Of a stretch of 64,000 bases of DNA, positions 1 through 11,600 are shown piece by piece. How positions within the stretch are numbered: position 1 is the stretch's first letter; every line of letters starts with the position of its first letter. The position numbers and the translations under genes are program-made. The DNA is taken from assembly GCF_009914755.1 (NCBI RefSeq), contig NC_060933.1, one strand, 5' to 3'. The notes beneath the pieces are model-generated. The model made no database searches and was not told the DNA's origin. It saw nothing but the letters and a program-made list of their open reading frames with translations. Origin of the DNA: the human T2T-CHM13v2.0 reference genome, Homo sapiens.

Positions 1-3000
1 CCATTGCAATGGAGTTGAATCCATTGCATTTCATTCCATTCCATTCCATTCCATTCCATTCCGGAAGATTCCATTCCATTGCATTCCATTCCATTCCATT
101 CCCCTGCACTCGCGTTGATTCCATTCCATTCCATTCCATTCCGTTCCGTTCCATTCCATTCCATTCCGTTCCGTTCCATTCCATTCCATTCCATTCTATT
201 CGGGTTAATTCCATTCCATTCCATTCTATTGCAATCGAGTTGATTCCATTCCATTCCATTCCATTCCATTCCATTCCTTTCCATTCAATTCCTTTCCATT
301 CCATTACGGATGACTCCATTCCATTGCTTTCCATTCCTTTCCATTCCCCTGTACTCGGGTTGATTCCATTCCATTCCATTCCACTCCATTCGGTTCCGTT
401 GCATTCCATTCTATTGCATTCCATTCTATTCGGGTTAATTCCATTCCATTCTATTCCATTCCATTCCATTCCATTCCATTGCAATGGAGTTGATTCCATT
501 CCATTCCATTTCATTCCGGATGATTGCATTCCATTGCATTCCATTCCATTCCATTCCCCTGCACTCGTGTTGATTCCATTCCCTTCCATTCCATTCCATT
601 CCGTTCCATTCCATTCCATTCCATTCTATTCCTGTTAATTCCATTCCATTCCATTCCATTCCATTCCATTCCATTGCAATCGAGTTGATTCCATTCCATT
701 CCTTTCAATTCCATTCCATTGCCTTGCATTCCACTCGGGTTGATTCCATTCCCTTCTTTCCACTCCATTACATTCCCTTCCATTCCACTCGGAATGATTG
801 ATTCCATTCCATTCCATTCCATTTCATTCCATTGCAATCCATTCCAAACCATTCCATTCCATTCCATTCCACTCGAGTTGACTTCATTCCATTCCTTTCC
901 ATTCCATTCCATTCCTTTCCACTCGAGTTGTTTCCACTCCATTCCAATCCATTGCAATCCATTCCATGCCATTCCACTCGGGTTGATTCCATTCCTTTGC
1001 ATTCCATTCCATTCCATTCCATTGCATTCCATTCCATTCCATTCCGTTGCATTTCATTCCATTACATTCGGATTGATTCTATTCAACTCCCTTACTCTCC
1101 ATTACATTCCATTCCATTCGGGTTGTTCCATTCAATTCCATTCCATTCGGATTGATTCTATTCAACTCCCTTACTCTCCATTACATTCCATTCCATTCGG
1201 GTTGTTCCATTCCATTCCATTCCATTCCACTCCATTCCATTGCACTCAGGTTGATTCCATTCCATTCCATTCCATTCCATTCCATTCCTCTCCATTCCAT
1301 TGAACTCGGGTTGATTCCATTCCATTGCATTCCCTTCCATTCCATTCCATTCAATTCAATTCCATTCCATTCCATTCCATTACATTTGGATTGATTCTAT
1401 TCAACTCACTTACTCTCCATTACATTCCATTCCATTCGGGTTGTTCCATTCCATTCCATTCCATTCCATTCCATTCCCCTGCAGTCGGGTTGTTTCCATT
1501 CCATTCCATTCCATTCCATTCCATTCCGTTCCGTTCCATTCCATTCCATTCCATTCTATTCGGATTAATTCCATTCCATTCCATTCCATTCCATTCCATT
1601 CCAATCGAGTTGATTCCATTCCATTCCATTCCATTCCATTCCACTCCGTTCCACTCCTTTCCATTCCATTCCACTCGGGTTGATTCCAATGTATTCCTTT
1701 CCATTCCATTCCATTCCATTGCAATCGAGTTGATTCCATTGCTTTTCATTCCATTCCATTCCATTCCATTCCGGATGATTCCATTCCATTGCATTCCATT
1801 CCATTCCATTCCCCTGAACTCGGGTTGATTCCATTCGATTCCACTCCATTCCGTTCCATTCCATTCCATTCCATTGTATTCGGGTTAATTCCATTCCATT
1901 CCATTCCATTCCATTCCATTCCATTACAATCGAGTTAATTCCATTCCATTCCATTCCATTCCAGTCCTTTCCATTCCATTCCTCTCGGGTTGATTCCATT
2001 CTATTAGTTTCCATTCCATTCCATTCCCTTCCATTCCACTCTGGTTGATTCCATTCCTTTCCATTCCACTCGAATACATTCCCTCCTATTCCACTCAGAA
2101 CGATTCCATTCCATTCCATTCCATTCCATTCCATTCCATTCCATTCCATTCCATTGTACTCGGGTTGATTCAATTCCATTGCATTCCATTCCATTCCATT
2201 CCATTCCATTCCGTTGCATTCCATTCCATTACATTCGGATTGATTCTATTCAACTCCCTTACTCTCCATTACATTCCATTCCATTCGGGTTGTTCCATTC
2301 CATTCCATTCCATTCCACTCCATTCCATTCCATTCAATTCCATTCCATTCCGGAAGATTCCACTCCATTGCATTCCATTCCATTCCATTCCCCTGCACTC
2401 GCGTTGATTCCATTCCATTCCATTCCATTCCATTCCATTCCTTTCCATTCCATTACGGATGATTCCATTCCATTGCATTGCATTCCATTCCATTCCCCTG
2501 TACTCGGGTTGATTCCATTCCATTCCATTCCAATCCATGCCATTCCACTCGTGTTGATTCCATTCTTTCCATTCCATTCAAGTTGAATCCATTCCATTGC
2601 ATTCCATTCCATTCGATTCCATTCGATTGCACTCGGTTTGATTCCATTCCATTGCATTCCATTCCATTCCATTCCATTCCATTCCATTCCATTCCCTTCC
2701 ATTCCACTCTGGTGGATTCCATTCCTTTCCATTCCACTCGAATACATTCCCTCCTATTCCACTCGGAACGATTCCATTCCATTCCATTCCATTCCATTCC
2801 ATTCCATTCCATTCCATTCCATTCCATTCCATTTCGTTCCATTCCATTCTATTCCGTATCATTCCATTCCATTCCATTCCATTCCATTCCATTCCATTCC
2901 ATTGTACTCGGGTTGATTCCATTCCATTGCATTCCATTCCATTCCATTCCATTCCATGCCGTTGCATTCCATTCCATTACATTCGGATTGATTCTATTCA

Positions 3001-4303
3001 ACTCCCTTACTCTCCATTACATTAAATTCCATTCGGGTTGTTCCATTCCATTCCATTCCATTCCACTCCATTCCATTGCACTCGGGTTGATTCCATTCCA
3101 TTCCATTCCATTCCATTCCATTCCGGATGATTCCATTCCATTGCATTCCGTTCCATTACATTCCCCTGCACTCGTGTTGATTCCATTCCATTCCATTCCA
3201 TTCCATTCAATTCCATTCCATTACAATTCGTTCCATTCCATTCTATTCCGTAAAATTCCATTCCATTCCATACCATTCCATTCCATTCCATTCCATTCCG
3301 TTCCATTCCTTTCCATTCCATTCCATTCCATTCTATTCGGATTAATTCCATTCCATTCTATTCCATTCCATTCCATTCTATTCCATTCCATTGCAATCGA
3401 GTTGAATCCATTGCATTTCATTCCATTCCATTCCATTCCATTCCATTCCGTAAGTTTCCATCCCATTGCATTCCATTCCATTCCATTCCCCTGCACTTGC
3501 GTTGATTCCATTCCATTCCATTCCATTCCATTCCATTCCGTTCCGTTCCATTCCATTCCATTCCATTCCATTCCATTCCATTCCATTCCGTTCCATTCCA
3601 TTCCATTCCATTCTATTCGGGTTAATTCCATTCCATTCCATTCGATTGCAATCGAGTTGATTCCATTCCATTCCATTCCATTCCATTCCATTCCATTCCA
3701 TTCCATTCCTTTCCATTCCATTACGGATGATTCCATTCCATTGCATTCCATTCCATTCCATTCCCCTGTACTCGGGTTGATTCCATTCCCTTCCATTCCA
3801 ATCCATGCCATTCCACTCGTGTTGATTCCATTCTTTCCATTCCATTCAAGTTGAATCCATTCCATTGCATTCCATTCCATTCGATTCCATTCGATTGCAC
3901 TCGGGTTCATTCCATTCCATTGCATTCCATTCCATTCCATTCCTTTCCATTCCGTTCCATTCCATTCCATTACATTCGGATTGATTCTATTCAATTCCCT
4001 TACACTCCATTACATTCCATTCCATTCGGGTAGTTTCCATTCCATTCCATTCCATTCCTCTCCATTCCATTGCACTCGGGTTGATTTCATTCCATTGCAT
4101 TCCATTCCATTCCATTCAATTCCTTTCCGTTCCATTCCATTCCATTCCATTCCATTCCATTCGGATTGATTCTATTCAACTCCCTTACTCTCCATTACAT
4201 TCCATTCCATTCGGGTTGTTCCATTCCATTCCATTCCATTCCACTCCATTCCATTGCACTCGGGTTTATTCCATTCCATTCCATTCCATTCCATTCTATT
4301 CCA
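1..4303 (-). repeat. Satellite III (HSat3) array, CATTC orientation on + strand (G-rich strand on minus)
   Basis: Continuous (CATTC)n carrying reverse complements of the variant words seen in the rest of the window (ACTCGGGTTGATT, AATCGAGTTGATT, CTATTCAACTCCCTTACTCTCC). A CATTC array with interspersed CAACCCGA(G/A)T is the classical Satellite III signature. Confidence 0.97.
1066..1223. repeat. Local 79-bp tandem duplication
   Basis: ATTCGGATTGATTCTATTCAACTCCCTTACTCTCC...CGGGTTGTTCC starts at 1066 and again at 1145; one mismatch seen. Confidence 0.85.
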
Positions 4304-4350
4304 TGGAATGTAATGGAGAGTCAGGGAGTTGAATAGAATCAATCCGAATG
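4158..4350. repeat. 48-bp inverted repeat (47/48 identical) with 97-nt spacer, flanking the breakpoint
   Basis: 4158-4205 is the reverse complement of 4303-4350 (ATGGAATGTAATGGAGAGT[C/A]AGGGAGTTGAATAGAATCAATCCGAATG), with one mismatch at 4322. Confidence 0.85.
4298..4309. other. Inversion breakpoint (strand switch) with perfect 12-bp palindrome ATTCCATGGAAT
   Basis: ...ccattctATTCCATGGAATgtaatggagag...: CATTC repeats end and GGAAT repeats start across a shared AT with no inserted foreign bases. NcoI site CCATGG at 4301-4306. Confidence 0.97.
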
Positions 4351-5664
4351 TAATGGAATGGAATGCAACGGAATGGAATGGAATGGAATGGAATGGAATG
4401 GAATGGAATGCAATGGAATTGAATCAACCCGAGTACAATGGAATGCAATGGAATGGAATGGAATGGAATGGAATGGTATGGAATGAAATGATACGGAATA
4501 GAATGGAATGGAACGAAATGGAATGGAATGGAATGGAATGGAATGGAATGGAATGGAATGGAATCGTTCCGAGTGGAATAGGAGGGAATGTATTCGAGTG
4601 GAATGGAAAGGAATGGAATCAACCAGAGTGGAATGGAAGGGAATGGAACGGAATGGAAACTAATAGAATGGAATCAACCCGAGAGGAATGGAATGGAAAG
4701 GATTGGAATGGAATGGAATGGAATGGAATCAACTCGATTGTAATGGAATGGAATGGAATGGAATGGAATGGAATGGAATGGAATGGAATTAACCTGAATA
4801 AAATGCAATGGAATGGAATGGAACGGAATGGAGTGGAATGGAATGGAATCAACCCGAGTGCAGGGGAATGGAATGGAATGGAATGCAATGGAAAGGAATC
4901 ATCCGGAATGGAGTGGAATGGAGTGGAATGCAAAGCAATGGAATCAACTCGATTGCAATGGAATGGAATGGAATGGAAAGGAATACATTGGGATCAACCC
5001 GAGTGGAATGGAATGGAAACGACTGGAATGGAGTGGAATGGAATGGAATGGAATGGAATGGAATCAACTCGATTGGAATGGAATGGAATGGAATGGAATG
5101 GAATGGAATTAACCCGAATAGAATGGAATGGAATGGAATGGAATGGAACGGAATGGAATGGAATGGAATGGAATGGAATGGAATGGAAACAACCCGACTG
5201 CAGGGGAATGGAATGGAATGGAATGCAATGGAATGGATTCAACTTGAATGGAATGGAAAGAATGGAATCAACACGAGTGGAATGGCAGGAATTGGAATGG
5301 AATGGAATGGAATCAACCCTAGTACAGGGGAATGGAATGGAATGGAATGCAATGGAATGGAATCATCCGTAATGGAATGGAAAGGAATGGAATGGAATGG
5401 AATGGAATGGAATGGAATGGAATTGAATGCAATCAACTCCATTGCAATCGAATGGAATGGAATGGAATTAACCCGAATAGAATGGAATGGAATGGAATGG
5501 AACGGAACGGAACGGAACGGAATGGATTGGAATGGAATGGAATGGAATGGAATGGAACGGAAAGGAATGGAATGGAATGGAATGGAATGGAATGGAATGG
5601 AATGGAATGGAATGGAATCAACGCGACTGCAGGGGAATGGAATGGAATGGAATGCAATGGAATG

Positions 5665-5677
5665 GAATCTTCCGGAA
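5665..5677. promoter_or_regulatory. Perfect three-unit heat shock element GAAtcTTCcgGAA (representative of ~48 copies)
   Basis: Matches the HSF consensus nGAAnnTTCnnGAAn. Other copies start at about 59, 2348, 6841, 8848, 11043, 12286, 13119, 14172, 14407, 15372, 16220, 18690, 18935, 20733, 21586, 22434 ... 60997, 63410, 63720. Sequence match only; occupancy is not shown. Confidence 0.6.
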
Positions 5678-8600
5678 TCGAGTGGAATGGAATGGAATGG
5701 AATGGAATGGAATGGAATAAACCCGAGTGCAATGGAATGGAGTGGAATGGAATGGAATGGAATGGAACAACCCGAATGGAATGGAATGGAATGGAGAGTA
5801 AGGGAGTTGAATAGAATCAATCCGAATGTAATGGAATGGAATTGTACGGAATGGAATTGAATGGAATGGAATGGAATGCAATGGAATGGAATCAACCCGA
5901 GTTCAATGGAATGGAGAGGAATGGAATGGAATGGAATGGAAACTACCCGAATGGAATGGAATGTAATGGAGTGTAAAGGAATTGAATAGAATCAATCCGA
6001 ATGTAATGGAATGGAATGGAACGGAATGGAATGAAATGGAATGGAATGGAATGGAATGGAATGCAATGGAATGGAATCAACCTGAGTGCAATCGAATGGA
6101 ATCGAATGGAATGGAATGCAATGGAATGGATTCAACTTGAATGGAATGGAAAGAATGGAATCAACACGAGTGGAATGGCATGGATTGGAATGGAATGGAA
6201 TGGAATCAACCCGAGTACAGGGGAATGGAATGGAATGGAATGCAATGGAATGGAATCATCCGTAATGGAATGGAAAGGAATGGAATGGAATGGAATGGAA
6301 TGGAATGGAATGGAATGGAATGGAATCAACTCGATTGCAATCGAATGGAATGGAATGGAATTAACCCGAATAGAATGCAATGGAATGGAATGGAACGGAA
6401 CGGAATGGAATGGAATGGAATGGAATGGAATGGAACGGAAAGGAAGGGAATGGAATGGAATAGAATGGAATGGAATGGAATCAACGCGAGTGCAGGGGAA
6501 TGGAATGGAATGGAATGCAATGGAATGCAATCTTCCGGAATGGAATGGAATGGAATGGAATGGAATGGAATCAACCCGAGTGCAATGGAATGGAGTGGAA
6601 TGGAATGGAATGGAATGGAACAACCCGAATGGAATGGAATGTAATGGAGAGTAAAGGAGTTGAAAAGAAACAATCCGAATGTAATGGAATGGAATGGAAG
6701 AGAATGGAATGGAATGGAATGGAATGGAATGGAATGGAATGGAATGGAATGGAATCAACCCGAGTACAATGGAATGGAATGGAATGGAATGGAATGGAAT
6801 GGAATGGAATGGAATGGAATGGAATGGAATGCAAAGAATGGAATTTTCCGGAATGGAATGGAATGGAGTGGAATGGAATGGAATGGAATGGAATGCAACG
6901 GATTCAACTCGATTGCAATGGAATGGAATAGAATGGAATGGAATGGAATGGAATGGAATGGAATTAAACCGAATAGAATGGAATGGAATGGAATGGAGCA
7001 GAACAGAACGGAACGGAACGGAATGGAGTGGAATGGAATGGAATGGAATTGTATGGAATGGAATGGAATGTTACGGAATAGAATGGAATGGAAAGAATTG
7101 GAATGGAATGGAATCGAATGGAATGGAATGGAATGGAATTGAATCAACCCGAGTGCAGGGGAATGTAATGGAACGGAATGCAATGGAATGGAATCATCCG
7201 GAATGGAATGGAATGGAATGGAATGGAATGGAATGGAATAGAATGGAATCAACCCGAGCGCAATGGAATGGAATGGAATGGAATGGAATGGAATGGAACA
7301 ACCCGAATGGAATGGAATGTAATGGAGAGTAAGGGAGTTGAATAGAATCAATCCGAATGTAATGGAATAGAACGGAATGGAATGGAATGGAATGGAATGG
7401 AATGGAATGGAATCAACCCGAGTACAATGGAACGGAATGGAATGGAAAGTAATGTAATGGAATGGAATGGAATTCAATGGAATGGAATCAACCCGAGTGC
7501 AATGGAATGGAGTGGAATGGAATGGAATGGAATGGAACAACCCGAATGGAATGGAATGTAATGGAGAGTAAGGGAGTTGAATAGAATCAATCCGAATGTA
7601 ATGGAATGGAATGAAACGGAATGGAATGGAATGGAATGGAATGGAATGCAATGGAATTGAATCAACCCGAGTACAGTGGAATGGAATGGAATGGAATGGA
7701 ATGGAATGCAATGGAATGGAATGATACGGAATAGAATGGAATGGAACGAAATGGAATGGAATGGAATGGAATGGAATGGAATGGAATCCTTCCGAGTGGA
7801 ATAGGAGGGAATGTATTCGAGTGGAATGGAAAGGAATGGAATCAACCAGAGTGGAATGCAAGGGAATGCAATGGAATGGAAACTAATAGAATGGAATCAA
7901 CCCGAGAGGAATGGAATGGAAAGGGCTGGAATGGAATGGAATGGAATGGAATGAACTCGATTGTAATGGAATGGAATGGAATGGAATGGAATGGAATTAA
8001 CCCGAATACAATGCAATGGAATGGAATGGAAAGGAATGGAGTGGAATGGAATGGAATCAACCCGAGTGCAGGGGAATGGAATGGAATGGAATGCAATGGA
8101 ATGGAATCATCCGGAATGGAATGGAATGGAATGGAATGCAAAGCAATGGAATCAACTCGATTGCAATGGAATGGAATGGAATGGAATGGAAATGAATACA
8201 TTGGAATCAACCCGAGTGGAATGGAATGGAAAGGACTGGAATGGAGTGGAATGGAATGGAATGGAATGGAATCAACTCGATTGGAATGGCATGGAATGGA
8301 ATGGAATGGAATGGAATTAACCCGAATAGAATGGAATGGAATGGAATGGAACGGAACGGAACGGAATGGAATGGAATGGAAACAAACCGACTGCAGGGGA
8401 ATGGATTGGAATGGAATGCAATAGAATGGATTCAACTTGAATGGAATGGAAACAATGGAATCAACACGAGTGGAATGGCATGGATTGGAATGGAATGGAA
8501 TGGAATCAACCCGAGTACAGGGGAATGGAATGGAATGGAATGCAATGGAATGGAATCATCCGTAATGGAATGGAAAGGAATGGAATGGAATGGAATGGAA

Positions 8601-11600
8601 TGGAATGGAATGGAATGGAATCAACTCGATTGCAATCGAATGGAATGGAATGGAATTAACCCGAATAGAATGGAATGGAATGGAATGGAACGGAACGGAA
8701 CGGAATGGAATGGATTGGAATGGAATGGAATGGAAAGGAATGGAACGGAAAGGAATGGAATGGAATGGAATGGAATGGAATGGAATGGAATGGAATGGAA
8801 TCAATGCGAGTGCAGGGGAATGGAATGGAATGGAATGCAATGGAATGGAATCTTCTGGAATGGAATGGAATGGAATGGAATGGAATGGAATAAACCCGAG
8901 TGCAATGGAATGGAGTGGAATGGAATGGAATGGAATGGAACAACCCGAATGGAATGGAATGTAATGGAGAGTAAGGGAGTTGAATAGAATCAATCCGAAT
9001 GTAATGGAATGGAATGGAACGGAATGGAATTGAATGGAATGGAATGGAATGCAATGGAATGGAATCAACCCGAGTTCAATGGAATGGAGAGAAATGGAAT
9101 GGAACGGAATGGAAACTACCCGAATGGAATGGAATGTAATGGAGTGTAAGGGAATTGAATAGAATCAATCCGAATGTAATGGAATGGAATGGAACGGAAT
9201 GGAATGGAATGGAATGGAATCAACCCGAGTGCAATCGAATGGAATCGAATGGAATGGAATGCAATGGAATGGATTCAACTTGAATGGAATGGAAAGAATG
9301 GAATAAACACGAGTAGAATGGCATGGATTGGAATGGAATGGAATGGAATCAACCCGAGTACAGGGGAATGGAATGGAATGGAATGCAATGGAATGGAATC
9401 ATCCGTAATGCAATGGAAAGGAATGGAATGGAATGGAATGGAATGGAATGGAATGGAATGGAATCAACTCGATTGCAATCGAATGGAATGGAATGGAATT
9501 AACCCGAATAGAATGGAATGGAATGGAATGGAACGGAACGGAACGGAATGGAACGGAACGGAGTGGAATGGAATGGAATGGAATTGTATTGAATGGAATG
9601 GCATGGTACGGAATAGAATGGAATGGAAAGAATTGGAATGGAATGGAATCGAATGGAATGGAATGGAATGGAACGGAACGGAATGGAATGGAATGGAATG
9701 GAATGGAATGCAATGGAATGGAATCAACCCGAGTGCAATCGAATGGAATCGAATGGAATGGAATGCAATGGAATGGATTCAACTTGAATGGAATGGAAAC
9801 AATGGAATCAACACGAGTTGAATGGCATGGATTGCAATGGAATGGAATGGAATCAACCCGAGTACAGGGGAATGGAATGGAATGGAATGCAATGGAATGG
9901 AATCATCCGTAATGTAATGGAAAGGAATGGAATGGAATGGAATGGAATGGAATGGAATGGTATGGAATGGAATGGAATGGTACGGAATAGAATGGAATGG
10001 AACGAATTGAAATGGAATGGAATTGAATGGAATGGAATGGAATGGAATGGAATCAACGAGAGTGCAGGGGAATATAATGGAACGGAATGCAATGGAATGG
10101 AATGGAACAACCCGAATGGAATGGAATGAAATGGAGAGTAAGGGAGTTGAATAGAATCAATCCGAATGTAATGGAATGGAATACAACGGAATGGAATGGA
10201 ATGGAATGGAATGGAATGGAATGCAATGGAATGGAATCAACCCGAGTACAATGGAATGGAATGGAATGGAATGGAATGGAATGGAATGGATTGGAATACC
10301 TTCAAACCGAATGGAATGGAAAGGAATGGAATCAACACGAGTGGAATGGAATGGAATGGAATGGAATGGAATGGCATGGAATGGAATGGAATGATACGGA
10401 ACAGAATGGAATGGAACGAAATGGAATGGAATGGAATGGAATGGAATGGAATGGAATCGTTCCGAGAGGAATAGGAGGGAAAGTATTCGAGTGGAATGGA
10501 AAGGAATGGAATCAACCAGAGTAGAATGGAAGGGAATGGAATGGAATGGAAACTAATAGAATGGAATCAACCCGAGTGGAATGGAATGGAAAGGACTGGA
10601 ATAGAAAGGAATGGAATGGAATGGAATGGAATGGAATGGAATGGAATGGAATCAACGCGAGTGCAGGGGAATGGAATGGAATCGAATGGAATGGAATGGA
10701 ATGGAATGGAATCAACCCGAGTGCAAGGGAATGTAATGGAACGGAATGCAATGGAATGGAATCATCCGGAATGGAATGGAATGGAATCAACCCGAGTGCA
10801 ACGGAATGGAGTGGAATGGAATGGAATGGAATGGAACAACCCGAATGGAATGGAATGTAATGGAGAGTAAGGGAGTTGAATAGAATCAATCCGAATGTAA
10901 TGGAAAGGAATGGAACGGAATGGAATGGAATTGAATGGAATGGAATGGAATGGAAAGCAACAGAATGGAATCAACCCGAGTACAATGGAATGGAATGGAA
11001 TGGAATGGAATGGAATGGAATGGAATGGAATGCAATGGACTGGAATCTTCCGGAATGGAATGGAATGGAATGGAATCGAATGGAATCGAATGGAATGGAA
11101 TGCAATGGATTCAACTCGATTGCAATGGAATGGAATAGAATGGAATGGAATGGAATGGAATGGAATTAAACCGAATAGAATGGAATGGAATGGAATGGAA
11201 CGGAACGGAACGGAACGGAACGGAGTGGAATGGAAAGGAATGGAATTGTATGGAATGGAATGGCATGGTACGAAATAGAATGGAATGGAAAGAATTGGAA
11301 TGGAATGGAATCGAATGGAATGGAATGGAATGGAATGGAATCAACCCGAGTGCAGGGGAATGTAATGGAACGGAATGCAATGGAATGGAATCATCCGAAA
11401 TGGAATGGAATGGAGTGGAATGGAATGGAATAGAATGGAATGGAATCAACCCGAGTGCAATGGAATGGAGTGGAAAGGAATGGAATGGAATGGAACAACC
11501 AGAATGGAATGGAATGTAATGGAGACTAAGAGAATTGAATAGAATCAATCCGAATGTAATGGAATGGAATGGAACGGAATGGAATTGAATGGAATGGAAT

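Noticed and set aside
4301-4306. NcoI site as a unique tag for the inversion
   Set aside because: CCATGG also occurs at 49525, 57341 and 62941 through point variants, so it is not unique.
4299-4308. TTCCATGGAA as a junction-specific STAT6-type (TTC-N4-GAA) or NFAT-dimer site
   Set aside because: It is a single short motif produced automatically by the in-register join, with no supporting evidence.
4562-4690. ATCGTTCCGAGTGGAATAGGAGGGAATGTATTCGAG block as a foreign insertion or Shine-Dalgarno (AGGAGG)
   Set aside because: It stays in 5-bp register, is derivable from GGAAT by substitutions, and recurs about a dozen times, so it is a diverged satellite module.
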